Positions 10,872-21,127 of a stretch of 64,000 bases of DNA are shown here, in pieces; within the stretch, counting starts at the first letter, position 1; each line of letters opens with the position of its first letter. Source of the DNA: Candidatus Krumholzibacteriales bacterium (GTDB lineage: Bacteria; Krumholzibacteriota; Krumholzibacteriia; Krumholzibacteriales; WJIX01); contig JAWODM010000043.1 in assembly GCA_046483305.1 (NCBI GenBank), forward strand, positions 1-64,000, read 5' to 3'. Below the pieces are notes generated by a model. The model had not been told where the DNA came from. It ran no database searches and worked only from the letters and a program-made list of their open reading frames with translations. The position numbers were made by a program, and so were the translations under genes.

Positions 10872-10889
10872 AAACAAGGGGAGAGAAAA

Positions 10890-11387
10890 ATGATGAACAG
10901 TCACCACACGACGATATCGATCCTATGTGTCTGCGCGCTTGCTGCGGTCGCGGCGGTGGTTCTGCTGGCTGGTTGCGGAACAATTATGCATGGGTCGAAG
11001 CAAAATATAGGTTTTTCGAGCGCACCGACAGGGGCCACGATCTGGGTAAACAACCAAACTTTTGGAATTACGCCGGCAATTGTCGATTTAAGCAGAAAAG
11101 ACAACCATGTCGTGAGAATCGAATTGGACAACTACCAACCGTATGAAGCGACGATTACTCGAAGTGTGAGCGGTTGGGTTTGGGGAAACATCGTATTTGG
11201 CGGCCTGATTGGTCTCGCTGTTGATGCAATTTCTGGCGGCCTCTATAAGCTCTCCCCTGAACAAGTTGAGGCCCAGTTAGCAGTCAGTACGGCTGAGGTT
11301 GTCAACGAGAACGGTTCACTATTTGTCGTTGTAGTGTTGGAGCCGAGCCCAAATTGGGAAGAAATCGGCACTCTGACAAAGGAATGA
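10890..11387 (+). CDS. Cassette gene: PEGA-domain lipoprotein
   Basis: Lipobox LAGC, SxPxGAxIxVN..G.TP, GGLIGLAVDAISG. Confidence 0.8.
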   Translation: MMNSHHTTISILCVCALAAVAAVVLLAGCGTIMHGSKQNIGFSSAPTGATIWVNNQTFGITPAIVDLSRKDNHVVRIELDNYQPYEATITRSVSGWVWGNIVFGGLIGLAVDAISGGLYKLSPEQVEAQLAVSTAEVVNENGSLFVVVVLEPSPNWEEIGTLTKE

Positions 11388-11393
11388 CTTGTT

Positions 11394-11492
11394 GTTTAAC
11401 ATTAGTTTGCACCTGACAAGGTCGTTTGTGGCGGCCCTGGCGAGTGCCGGAGCCGCGCCAAGCCTCCCTGGCAGGTGAAACAGACGTTAGGT
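11394..11492 (+). other. attC site
   Basis: GTTTAAC ... tttgcacctg / caggtgaaa ... GTTAGGT imperfect palindrome just after the stop codon. Confidence 0.85.
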
Positions 11493-11512
11493 GTTCATAA
11501 GGAGCGGTATTC

Positions 11513-12172
11513 ATGGAATTCAAAACTAAATTGGTATTCATAGCTATAATACTGGTTAGTGCAAGCACAGCTTCAAACGCGAGCATAATACAGGAAATCG
11601 GAATCAAAGCTGGACCAAACTTCGGTTATCTTGATTACGACAAACCAATGGAGATTTGGGATCCAGGCTGGGGTGTGGGATTTACAGGAGGAGTCCTAAT
11701 CACTATACCTTTATCCGAAAAATTCTCTCTCGTGCCAGAATTACGATACTCTTATTTGAAAAACAAGGTAGATTTAGTAAATACTGTTTTTGACGGACAA
11801 TTCAGCATCGCACATAATTCCATTTCCTTACCTTTGCTGCTAAGGTATGAATTCAGTGAAAGAACCTTTTTCTTTGATTTGGGGCCGGAATTCGCGTTAC
11901 TAATCTTGAGCAAATCCTACAATGACTATAATGATCCGGTATTCGGGTACAATGATGAGACAGACGATATCTCAGATATAATCAAAGGCTACAATATTCT
12001 AGCTTGCGCTAGAATTGGTTTTAATGCTCACCGCTGGAATATTCCTGTTGCCTTCAGCATCGCTTATCATCTTGGTCTTAGAGGAGTTTCAGAAGAGGAC
12101 ATATGGTGGTCAGACTGGAAGACTCATGAATTCTCAATGTGTTTATCATATGTATATCGGTTTGGTAATTAG
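11513..12172 (+). CDS. Cassette gene: outer-membrane beta-barrel (porin-family) protein
   Basis: Signal peptide, GIKAGxN, SLPLLLRY, C-terminal aromatic strand; cassette ends TTAGGTGT/ACACCTAA are complementary. Confidence 0.8.
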   Translation: MEFKTKLVFIAIILVSASTASNASIIQEIGIKAGPNFGYLDYDKPMEIWDPGWGVGFTGGVLITIPLSEKFSLVPELRYSYLKNKVDLVNTVFDGQFSIAHNSISLPLLLRYEFSERTFFFDLGPEFALLILSKSYNDYNDPVFGYNDETDDISDIIKGYNILACARIGFNAHRWNIPVAFSIAYHLGLRGVSEEDIWWSDWKTHEFSMCLSYVYRFGN

Positions 12173-12176
12173 AGAC

Positions 12177-12274
12177 ACCTAATTTTGCTTGCAGCTGACG
12201 GTTTTGTCTGTCACGGCGGCTGCAGGGTACCCGCCGCGCCAGCCGGCGACTGCAGCTGAAGCTCAATGATGGCG
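12177..12274 (+). other. attC-like site ending in non-canonical R' GATGGCG
   Basis: ACCTAAT..gcttgcagctg / cagctgaagc..GATGGCG. Confidence 0.75.
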
Positions 12275-12488
12275 CGGACGCTTCGCGGATTAAGGAATCT
12301 ATGAATGAAGAATATCTAAATGAGTTTGTTGTTTCTGGTGGCGCTCAGCGCCGCGCCATCAGAGCTGCGTATTTCCATCCGCCTGATGTCCGCCGCTTCG
12401 CGCCGGCCATCAGCGTCTGCAGCGGATGGTATAGTCCTGCGAGCAAGCTCGCGGCCTCTCCCGCCGCTGATCCGCAGCTCTGTTAGGC
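12268..12488 (+). repeat. Composite non-coding module X-Y-Z-W, copy 1
   Basis: X 12268-12360, Y 12361-12384, Z 12385-12411, W to GTTAGGC at 12488; related copies at 13074, 27016, 30871 and 36958. Confidence 0.85.
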
Positions 12489-12507
12489 CTATTTAAGGAC
12501 TGACGCG

Positions 12508-13023
12508 ATGAAATCCAATGCTGAGAAATGGCTGGAACGAGAAGACGAAGCTGCGAGACCAGAGCGGCAAGAACGCCTTTGCTGGATCATGGATCATTAT
12601 CCACCGGCGGAAGGATTCGTGCTCTCGGGTGGATGGTTGTCGAAGCAGCTCTTGGAGGAGGCGAAGTACAGTTACATCTACGGCCAATATATTGCCGCAG
12701 CTACGCTCGGCGTCGCATTCGTCAAGCGCATAGTCGCATCGCAGTTCTACGCCTCTGGGCGTAATGATCTTGAGCGAGCAGGAGGGCACAAGCTCCTTTC
12801 GGAGGCTCTTAGATGTGGTTGGCTCACCCAGGTGGACTTCGATCGTTTTGATCGGATGCGCAACCTTCGAAATCCCCTCATGCACTTCAGGCGGCCGTTG
12901 GCTCGCGATACTATAGAAGCTCGTGCTGTGGTCAATAACACTCATCCAGATCAGATTTTCGAGTCTGATGCGAGGGAGATCTTTGAAGGTGTACTTCGAG
13001 TTCTTGAGAAAGTCTCGGTCTAA
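12508..13023 (+). CDS. Cassette gene: putative HEPN-domain protein
   Basis: Helical protein with Rx4H motif (RNPLMH); flanked by GTTAGGCC and GGTCTAAC. Confidence 0.6.
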   Translation: MKSNAEKWLEREDEAARPERQERLCWIMDHYPPAEGFVLSGGWLSKQLLEEAKYSYIYGQYIAAATLGVAFVKRIVASQFYASGRNDLERAGGHKLLSEALRCGWLTQVDFDRFDRMRNLRNPLMHFRRPLARDTIEARAVVNNTHPDQIFESDAREIFEGVLRVLEKVSV

Positions 13024-13080
13024 CAAGGCAATGCAGACTGTCGGCGCTTCGCGCCGCAGCTGATTGCCAAGACGCTGGCG
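13018..13080 (+). other. attC site ending in non-canonical R' GCTGGCG
   Basis: GTCTAACaaggcaatgcag...ctgattgccaagacGCTGGCG. Confidence 0.8.
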
Positions 13081-13292
13081 CGGACACTTCGCGAGTTAAG
13101 AATTGATGAATGAGGAATATCTAAATAGGAATTAATAGGGGTGGAGGCGCTCAGCGCCGCGCCAGCGGGCTGTGGATTTCCATCCGCATTCTGTCCGTCG
13201 CTGCGCGCCGGCCATCATGCGCCTGCAGCGGGCGGTAGGTCCTGCGAGCAAGCTTGCGGCCTCTCCCGCCGCTGATCCGCAGCCCGTTAGAC
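13074..13292 (+). repeat. Composite non-coding module X-Y-Z-W, copy 2
   Basis: X 13074-13166 with GCTGGCG/CGCCAGC ends, Z ~13190-13216, W ending GTTAGAC. Confidence 0.85.
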
Positions 13293-13309
13293 AAAAAGGA
13301 AAATTTTAG

Positions 13310-13657
13310 ATGCTAAAATATAAGGAATGTCCTCTTCTGTTAGGGGAAAGCAATTCCGTTAAAAAAATATTTAGGGAGATTAAATTAGCGATTCAAGATG
13401 ATTCTCCTGTAGCGATAATTGGAGAATCTGGATTGGAAAAAGAATGTATAGCAAGTTATATACATTTTGGTAGTAAAAGAAATAAATCCGCGTTTATAAC
13501 TCTTAAGCTAGGAGCGCTTCCGAATTTATTAACAGAGCCAGAGTTATTTGGTTACAAAGACAAGAGTAAAAAGCAGACTGGTAAAGTGATAAAATTTAAG
13601 AAGTATGTTTGTGTCAATAAATACCTGCATTTAAACCTACCAGCGGCATCTCGATAA
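13310..13657 (+). pseudogene. Cassette: truncated sigma54-activator (bEBP) AAA fragment
   Basis: LLGES...PVAIIGESGLEKE..A.YIH..S.R...FI...ELFG; no GAFTGA motif and no rest of the domain. Confidence 0.65.
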
Positions 13658-13697
13658 GCGGCGAGTTCTGCTCGTCCGCTTAATCGAGCAGTTAGGC
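13635..13697 (+). other. attC-like site, last of the + array
   Basis: ctcgataagcgg / ccgcttaatcgag arms ending in GTTAGGC; degenerate R'' ACCTACC. Confidence 0.65.
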
Positions 13698-13881
13698 TAA
13701 ACACTGCATATTTACTTACCGGAAATAATTCTACTCCCAGTTATGACAAAAGAGAACTGAGACTGTCAGCGAAGTTAACGCCTCAGCAGTCGATCTCGTT
13801 TCTTAATCAATAATATTCATAAATTTTTAACTTTCTGCCCCTCAGCAGGTTATGGAAAACTTTTACTATTTCACACCTTCC

Positions 13882-13897
13882 GGGTATCAGCTTTGCA
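13882..13897 (+). promoter_or_regulatory. Possible sigma54 -24/-12 site upstream of the IS91-like transposase
   Basis: GG-N10-GC in GGGTATCAGCTTTGCA. Confidence 0.3.
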
Positions 13898-13945
13898 TTA
13901 AGTTCTGGATGAAAGCTTTTAATTGCAGGGGTGAGGGTGAGGACG

Positions 13946-15218
13946 ATGGGCTACAGGAAGCGCAAGTTTGGAGATAATCCTCTCTATAAAATCCTCAGTG
14001 ACCACTGGCAGAATTTTCTTGATGCTTATGAGCATCGTTTCCAGCGAGTCTGCGGTGCTTTAAGGTTCGTAGCCTGCGATGTGGTAAAACGCTTCCTCGA
14101 CTGCGGAAACCCCATGAATGGGTTTGCCCGTATCAAGTGTGAAAGCTGCGGTTTTGAGAAGCTTCTGTATTTCAGCTGCAAGACCCGTGGTTTCTGCCCC
14201 AGCTGTCAGGCAAGAAGGGCGGAAGAGTGGGCGAGATGGTTTGCGGACAATCTCTCTGAACCTGTCCCCCCATCACCAGATAGTCTTCACCATACCCAAA
14301 ATGCTGCGCCCCTATTTCCGCTACGACCGCAAACTTATGACCGACCTCTCCAGAGCCGCTCGTACATCTGTTGTAAAGTTTATGGAACAAGAACTAGGAA
14401 AAGAGGTAACCCCGGCCATGGTTGTTGTAAAACACACTTACGGTGAAGGGGTAAGATTTCATCCTCATCTCCACACCCTGGTCACAGCAGGCGGCTGGGA
14501 CGAAGAGAGAGCCTGGCGCCACCTGCCCGCCTGGAACCAGAAAGTGCTTCGTGAACTTTTCCAGATAGAGGTCTTCCGCTTCCTGAGAGAGCGGGAACTC
14601 CTTAGCAGGGAACGTATGGAAATGATCCTCTCCTGGAGGCATTCGGGGTTTAATATTCATATCTCAGAAGCGATCCAGGCAGGTGACAAAGCGGCGCTCA
14701 CCCGGGTTGCCAGATACATGTTGAGAAGCCCCGTGGTAATCTCACGACTGTCCTATGACAGGGAAGGCCAGAAGGTGAAGATAAAAAAGCGTAATACCGC
14801 TGGTGGTGATGAAATTGTTCTGGATGTACTTGATTTCATCGCCAGGCTTTCGGTACAAATCCCGGACCCCCATGAGAGGATTGTCTTATACTACGGCCCA
14901 TACTCGAACGCCTCAAACCGGCGCAGGGTGTTGGACGGTGAAGAAGAGCTGACACCACCGGCAACTGGCTTCTCGAGATCAGGTGAGAGCTAATACAGCA
15001 GGTCAAAACGGATACGCTGGGCTAAGCTGATAGCTAAAGTCTGGAAAGAGGACCCCCTTCTCTGCAGCAAATGCGGGGGAAAGATGAGGATAATATCCTT
15101 TATCACCGATCCGGTGGTAATTGATAAGATCCTGCGGCACATAGGTTGCAATTACTGCGATCCGCCTCCTCCCCGCTATCATCCTCCACCCCGGCTCTGC
15201 AGCTCACCGCTCGGCTGA
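13946..15218 (+). pseudogene. IS91/ISCR-family (HUH/Y2) transposase with a frameshift and a premature stop
   Basis: Zn domain (CxxC...FSCKTRGFCPSC), VFTIPK, HPHLH, RYM.R, YYG.YSN, C-terminal WAxLIxKVW..DPL.C..CG; extra C in the C6 run at 14266-14271, in-frame TAA at 14991-14993. Confidence 0.9.
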
Positions 15219-15431
15219 AGCGGGGCGGATTCAGCGTCAATTGTGTTACCTCCCGAGGGGAATCAGGTGAGGTGTAGTCTGATTTGCCCCTTTCTCCCCA
15301 CACTACAGCAAATTCTGCTTTAAGAGCCCGGAACACGGCCGAAGGAAACCTCTTCATGCCTGAAATCAGGATAATGGCGACGAAGCACAGCATAAATGGG
15401 GCTGCAAACCCTCTTGTGCGCACTTCCCTCG

Positions 15432-15460
15432 TTGACAGAAAAATCGAATTTCTTATAATT
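15432..15460 (+). promoter_or_regulatory. oriIS-like end of the IS91-like element carrying an outward sigma70 promoter
   Basis: TTGACA(15432)-16 bp-TATAAT(15454), overlapping GAATTTCTTATA, which resembles ISCR oriIS ends. Confidence 0.55.
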
Positions 15461-15465
15461 TAATC

Positions 15466-15915
15466 GTGGAGCCGGAAACGGAGGAAACCGTTCAGGAGGT
15501 TCAGAAGCAGCTGGAAGAGGGCCGTTACGCCGAGATAGTTTTCTGCGGTTACGGCGAGCCGACCACCAGGCTGGATTTCCTGCTCGATACAGCCGATGCC
15601 CTGAAGAAACAAAACCTTCCCCTGAGACTCAATACCAACGGCCAGGGTAATATGATAAACCGGAGAAATTTAAAGAACGGAAACGGCACGGCCGTTGTAA
15701 TGGTCATAATAGGACTCGCCCTGTGGGTCTCCGCCGGGTGGCTGCATCAGAGCAAGTGGTTTCTGTTCCTAAACCCATTCTCTCCCCCAACGGACATGAG
15801 TGAGGCAGTATGGTCCGACATAGTGTTTAAGAACAGAATCTACCTGGTCACAGGAGCTGTTATAAGTATCCTCGCCGGACTGTTCAACCTGCAGAAGAGG
15901 GAGAAGTTCGTGTAG
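15466..15915 (+). pseudogene. Chimeric ORF: TatD-associated radical SAM fragment fused to a membrane-protein C-terminus
   Basis: EIVFCGYGEPT..RLNTNGQG followed abruptly by two TM helices; no CxxxCxxC motif. Confidence 0.65.
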
Positions 15916-16037
15916 GGGAACTGATTTACAAATAGCGTAATTTATTCCACCTTAAACGAGAAAGTAGTTTTGACAGTTGAGGCCACTTTAGGATAATCCA
16001 TTTCTAAATAGCACGAAATCAAGCCACCTTTTCTATA

Positions 16038-16508
16038 TCAGTCTGAATTCTGTTCTTCTGAGTTCTTCAGAGATTCCAATGCCTCCGCGTCAGCTAAATC
16101 TTTGGTTCTTCCCGAGGCCTTCTTATTTCGAATAAGGTCATCAATTAAAGGAATGCGCACATCGACCCCTTCAATCTTCACGAGCATTGAACGGTCATAG
16201 ACTTCTTTAAACTGAAGCCCCGATGCCGTAGTAATTATGTCAATTCGCCTTGGGGCAACTCCGATCTGAAAAATGGTCCCATCTGTCTGGAGGTCTTCCC
16301 TTGTTAAATTATGCAGAGGAGAACCGAAGCGGCGCAGTGCCCGCAGCACGGCATCTGCGTTCTCTTGTGTTGGCATAATCCAAATGTCAATATCCATGGT
16401 GGCCCGGGGATAACCGTGAGCTGCCATTGCATAAGCTCCAACAAGAAGAAATTTAACCTTTTCGCTGGACAAGGCGTGTAACATTTCTTTGTAGTCTTCG
16501 TTCAGCAT
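16038..16508 (-). CDS. Minimal nucleotidyltransferase-like protein
   Basis: LVGAYA..HG.PRAT.DIDIW and K.A.GR.KD..D motifs. Confidence 0.8.
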   Translation of the reverse strand: MLNEDYKEMLHALSSEKVKFLLVGAYAMAAHGYPRATMDIDIWIMPTQENADAVLRALRRFGSPLHNLTREDLQTDGTIFQIGVAPRRIDIITTASGLQFKEVYDRSMLVKIEGVDVRIPLIDDLIRNKKASGRTKDLADAEALESLKNSEEQNSD

Positions 16509-16644
16509 CGTATTTTTTGCTGAGAGACGTTATCTCTCTTGTCAGAATCCATACAAGTTTAATGCGGTCTGCCGGATTGCCGGAAACAAAATCGTCATTC
16601 CTGATATCCGACATCTGGGATAAAGATGTTTTTTTTCTATCCAT
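16453..16644 (-). CDS. Small partner protein of the nucleotidyltransferase (TA-like pair)
   Basis: Small ORF overlapping the NTase start; P.DRI..VW.LT and RLQR.V.R pattern. Confidence 0.55.
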   Translation of the reverse strand: MDRKKTSLSQMSDIRNDDFVSGNPADRIKLVWILTREITSLSKKYDAERRLQRNVTRLVQRKG

Positions 16645-16854
16645 AACTTTATTATACCAGCTCTAATCATTAATATCAATCGGATAGCTGTGCAAAATCC
16701 GAATATTACCAACCCCCAGATCACTGCAATGGTCTTTTCTACTTTGCTTTCCCGGCCTCTTGCGGCTGTGGTTACATGAAGCACTTCTTCCTGTTGCATG
16801 GCCTGGTCGGTCTTCGCACTTCCATGGCCTCCGTCGGCATAGTCGTTGCGGTTT

Positions 16855-19053
16855 TCAAAATCTCATTGACAATCCTCCTCCAATCCCAAACCGATTGTCA
16901 TAACTGGCTTTTAGCGAAAAGTTCCTTCCCAGGAAATATTCCAATCCTGCAGACCAGACGAGTTCATCTTTGAAATTCACAGGTTCATCGGTTACTTCAT
17001 CCGTAAGATCATTCACCCAGCCAAAATCTGCCTGGTATTCAAGTTCGCCGAATAAAACGGTTCGGGGAAATATCATCAGTTCCCGCTCAATACCTGCCTG
17101 GGGTCGTAATTGATTATCCACACGCACATCCAGATGAAACATATAAGGGGTAAAAAATCTAAATCCGGCAATTGCAGTCGGGGTAATCTTACTGAAATTT
17201 AACTCCTCTTCTTCATTTTCGGCGTTCACCCCTGCAAAAACGCTGAAATAATCGTACAAATACCGTTCATAAGTAAACTCAATCTCGCTAATTTGATTCC
17301 AGCCATACTCGGAATTTAAGTTAAACTGGTTTCTTATATTGGAAGATACCAGTTTTATCTGAGTTTTATGAGAAGCAATATCTGCTGTACCCCATGAATA
17401 GTACTGGTTGGTTTCATGTTTTAACTCCGACACCGGATGCCCTTCAAGCCGGGGATCGCGGGGCGTATCATAGCTGAATATTCTCGCCATGCCGCCCATC
17501 ATATGATAGAGTATATGGCAATGGAAAAACCAATCGCCATATTCATCGCCATAAAATTCGATGGTTATTTTTTCCATCGGCGGGACGTTGACAGTATGCT
17601 TCAAAGGTGAGTATTCCCCGTTTTCGTTGATGACCCTGAAAAAATGACCGTGCAGGTGCATGGGGTGGTGCATCATGGTGAGGTTGTTAAGCGTAATCCG
17701 GGTTATTTCCCCCTCTTTAATCTTTATCTTATCAGTTTCATCCAGAGGCACACCGTTCATGCTCCAGACATAGCGGTTCATGTTGCCGGTCAGGTTGAGC
17801 AGAACTTCATTGACAGGTGCATCTTCCCTATAAGTTGTTTTTTCGGGAGATTGCAGATAGTCGTAATTATACTCTGCAAACATATCCATGGCATTCATAC
17901 CCTCGTCTTCTTCCATGTCCATATCATCGTCCATTTGCATGCCCCAGTTTTGCATCATCTTGTGAGGTTCCTCCTTTTCCGGCTGAAATTTCAAGGACGG
18001 GGCGCCCATGCGCATGTTCATCCGGGCCATTTTCTGCATCATCTCAATTTTATCAGGTTTTTGAACATCCGGAGCCTTCAGCGTCTCACCCTGTCCTAAA
18101 AAAGCGGAGGAATGGCCTGACCCATCCTGGGCAGTGGCCCGAAATTCTATTTTTCCATTCTCCGGTATGGTAACAATGAAATCGTAAGTTTCCGCTACAC
18201 CAATAAATGTCCTGTTGCGTTCAACCGGTACTACATTTAATCCATCTGCCCCAACCAGCGTAGGATTTCCCCCGCCAAAGGTCATCCAATACGAAGAGGA
18301 TGCTGAGCCGTTTATAATACGCAGCCTCACTCTTTCTCCCGGATTAAAGCCAGGGTATTCCTGTTCCTGTGCTCCGTTCACCAGAAAAGCAGGATAATAG
18401 ATATCTGCTATATCAGCCCCTTCCATTCGTTGTTTCCAGAAATTCAGCTGGGCACCCAAAGCGCCTCTGGCAATTACCTGATTAAGGGGAGTGGCCGTTC
18501 CCTTTTTCATGTTGTACCATTCGTTGCCCCGTTTCAGATTACGCAAAACATTCATGGGCTTTTCATTGGTCCAGTCGGATAACACCATTACCAATTCCTT
18601 GTCATAGTTCAAGGTTTGTTCCCGCGGGTCAATAACCAGCGACCCATAAACCCCGCTCTGTTCCTGTAGCATGGTGTGAGAGTGATACCAGTAGGTGCCT
18701 GACTGTTTCAGTTCGAACTCATACTTTTGGGTTTCCCCCGGCATGATTGGAGGTGTGTTTAAGTAAGGAACCCCGTCGTAAAAGTTAGGCAGTAAGATTC
18801 CATGCCAGTGGATCGAGGTTTCTTCATCCATCTCATTTTTTACATAAATCACCGCATAGTCTCCTGCGGCAAATCGCAATGTTGGGCCGGGAATTTCCCC
18901 ATTGACTGTCATTCCGGTAACTTCTTCTCCTGCTTTATTAACCTTTTCCTGCCTTAATGTAAGGTGATATGTGGTTGTATCGGTTTGCGCAATTACCGGT
19001 AATTGCGTCATAATAAACAGTGCTGGTAAAAATAAGATAATGTGCTTATTCAT
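16855..19053 (-). CDS. Multicopper oxidase with C-terminal beta-barrel-like extension
   Basis: HWHG, WYHSH, HPMHLHGH and HCHILYHM copper motifs; Met-rich linker. Confidence 0.92.
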   Translation of the reverse strand: MNKHIILFLPALFIMTQLPVIAQTDTTTYHLTLRQEKVNKAGEEVTGMTVNGEIPGPTLRFAAGDYAVIYVKNEMDEETSIHWHGILLPNFYDGVPYLNTPPIMPGETQKYEFELKQSGTYWYHSHTMLQEQSGVYGSLVIDPREQTLNYDKELVMVLSDWTNEKPMNVLRNLKRGNEWYNMKKGTATPLNQVIARGALGAQLNFWKQRMEGADIADIYYPAFLVNGAQEQEYPGFNPGERVRLRIINGSASSSYWMTFGGGNPTLVGADGLNVVPVERNRTFIGVAETYDFIVTIPENGKIEFRATAQDGSGHSSAFLGQGETLKAPDVQKPDKIEMMQKMARMNMRMGAPSLKFQPEKEEPHKMMQNWGMQMDDDMDMEEDEGMNAMDMFAEYNYDYLQSPEKTTYREDAPVNEVLLNLTGNMNRYVWSMNGVPLDETDKIKIKEGEITRITLNNLTMMHHPMHLHGHFFRVINENGEYSPLKHTVNVPPMEKITIEFYGDEYGDWFFHCHILYHMMGGMARIFSYDTPRDPRLEGHPVSELKHETNQYYSWGTADIASHKTQIKLVSSNIRNQFNLNSEYGWNQISEIEFTYERYLYDYFSVFAGVNAENEEEELNFSKITPTAIAGFRFFTPYMFHLDVRVDNQLRPQAGIERELMIFPRTVLFGELEYQADFGWVNDLTDEVTDEPVNFKDELVWSAGLEYFLGRNFSLKASYDNRFGIGGGLSMRF

Positions 19054-19063
19054 AATGCATTTT

Positions 19064-21127
19064 TCAGCTCATCTTTCGTTTCAGCAATTGCGCATTAATC
19101 GCCACGATAATGGTGCTTGAACTCATCAGTACCGCACCCAATGCCGGACTAATGAGAATGCCCGCACTTAACAATACACCGGCCGCCAGGGGTATCGCCA
19201 CCACGTTGTACCCGGTGGCCCAGATAAAGTTTTGAATCATTTTTTTGTAGGTCGCCTTTCCGAACAGAATAAGCGAAACGATATCGCCGGGATTACTGTT
19301 CACCAGAATAATATCGGCCGTTTCGGCGGCAATATCCGTCCCCGATCCTACGGCAATTCCTACATCGGCAGTAGCCAGTGCCGGGGCATCGTTGATTCCG
19401 TCGCCGGTCATGGCCACAAACTCGCCATTTCGCTGAAATTCCTTTACTTTCTCAAGCTTCTGATCGGGCAGAATACCTGCAAAATAGCCGTCCAAACCAA
19501 GCTCATCGCTTACGCTTTTTGCTACTTTTTCATTATCGCCGGTCATCATGTATACTTTCAGCCCATTGTTTTTCAGTGTTTTTACAGCTTCGTACGACTC
19601 TTCGCGAATCTCATCGGCCATGGCGATAAAACCTGTCAGTTTATCCTCCACCATCAGAAAAACAACGGTCTCCGCTTCATTCTTGTAAGCTTTTCCGGGC
19701 ACTTCGATATTGTTTTCCTTAACGTAACCCGGACTAACCACCTGTACTTTTTTATTTTCCACCTCCGCTTCGATGCCTTTGCCGGTGATGGCGCGAAAAT
19801 TTTTAGCTTCAGGCAGGTCGATCTGTTCCTGCCTGACCTTTTCCATGATGCCCATTCCCAGGGGATGCTCCGATTTTCCTTCCAGCGCTCCCGCCAGGCG
19901 TAATACCTGGCTGTCATCCAGGTTCCCGTCCAGCGAACCGTAACGGGTAACCCCAAAATTCCCTTTGGTAAGGGTTCCTGTTTTGTCGAATGCCAGCAAT
20001 GTGATCCTGCGTGAATTTTCAAATGCCGTCCGGTTTCGAATAAGTAATCCCCGCTGGGCGGAGATAGCGGTAGAAATGGCCACAACCAGCGGAACGGCAA
20101 GCCCCAACGCATGGGGACAAGTAATGACCATGACCGTAGCCATTCTTTCAAGGGCAAATACAAAAGGTTTACCCAGCGCCAGCCAGGTTACCAGCGTCGC
20201 AACACCGACAGTAAGGGCTACAATGGTCAGCCAGAAGGCGATGCGGTCGGCCAGGTTCTGGGTTTTTGATTTTTTGTTCTGGGCCTCGCGAACCATGCCG
20301 ATGACTTTGCTCAAATAGGCATCCTCACCCACCTGTTTGACACTAACCGTTAATGAGCCATTGCCGTTTATTGTCCCACCGATTACTTTATCGCCTTTGG
20401 CTTTTTTTACAGGCTTGGCCTCACCGGTAACCATGGATTCGTTCACATGGCTTTCACCATCAACAATTTCGCCGTCTACCGGGATTTTTTCCCCGGGCCG
20501 TATCAATACCCTGTTGTCTTTTTCGAGCCGGTCAACTTTGACGTCCACCGTCTCCCCGTTTTTCAACAGATGTGCTTCGGAGGGCATCATCTCGACCAGT
20601 TTTTGTAACGAGCGGGAGGCTCCCAGCACCGATTTCATTTCTATCCAATGGCCCAGCAGCATGATGTCGATCAGGGTGACCAGTTCCCAGAAAAAGGTGC
20701 TGCCTTCCACGCCAAAAGTAGTGGCAGAGCTGTAACCCCACGCCACCGTAATGGCCACTGCAATCAGGGTCATCATCCCCGGCTGTTTTTTCTTTAGCTC
20801 ATCCACTATGCCGGTTAAAAATGGCCAACCGCCATAGAGAAAAACCACTGTTGAAAGAGCAAAAAGGATATATTTATCAAATGCGGGAAATACTTTCAGG
20901 GTATATCCCATTATATCCTGTATCATGGGAGATAACACCAAAATCGGGAGGGTTATAAGCAGGGAGATCCAGAATCGTTTCCGGAAATCCTTGATCATCA
21001 TGGCATGGTGCCCGGTGTGATCGTGTGAGCCATGGCCACTACCACCATGATGACCCTCAGTATCATGCAAGCTATCATCATGCCCGCTGTGACTACTCTT
21101 ATGTTCATCTTGATAATGTTGTTCCAT
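19064..21127 (-). CDS. copB: Copper-translocating P1B-type ATPase (CopB-like)
   Basis: His-rich N-terminus, [22 protein letters not shown] and MSxS motifs. Confidence 0.92.
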   Translation of the reverse strand: MEQHYQDEHKSSHSGHDDSLHDTEGHHGGSGHGSHDHTGHHAMMIKDFRKRFWISLLITLPILVLSPMIQDIMGYTLKVFPAFDKYILFALSTVVFLYGGWPFLTGIVDELKKKQPGMMTLIAVAITVAWGYSSATTFGVEGSTFFWELVTLIDIMLLGHWIEMKSVLGASRSLQKLVEMMPSEAHLLKNGETVDVKVDRLEKDNRVLIRPGEKIPVDGEIVDGESHVNESMVTGEAKPVKKAKGDKVIGGTINGNGSLTVSVKQVGEDAYLSKVIGMVREAQNKKSKTQNLADRIAFWLTIVALTVGVATLVTWLALGKPFVFALERMATVMVITCPHALGLAVPLVVAISTAISAQRGLLIRNRTAFENSRRITLLAFDKTGTLTKGNFGVTRYGSLDGNLDDSQVLRLAGALEGKSEHPLGMGIMEKVRQEQIDLPEAKNFRAITGKGIEAEVENKKVQVVSPGYVKENNIEVPGKAYKNEAETVVFLMVEDKLTGFIAMADEIREESYEAVKTLKNNGLKVYMMTGDNEKVAKSVSDELGLDGYFAGILPDQKLEKVKEFQRNGEFVAMTGDGINDAPALATADVGIAVGSGTDIAAETADIILVNSNPGDIVSLILFGKATYKKMIQNFIWATGYNVVAIPLAAGVLLSAGILISPALGAVLMSSSTIIVAINAQLLKRKMS

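Noticed and set aside
12493..13026. 177-aa - strand ORF
   Set aside because: Opposite to cassette orientation; the + ORF has an RBS and stops within the attC R'' box.
12268..13292. Repeated palindromic units as a CRISPR array
   Set aside because: No regular repeat-spacer period, the units are separated by whole genes, and no cas genes are present; an att-site reading fits better.
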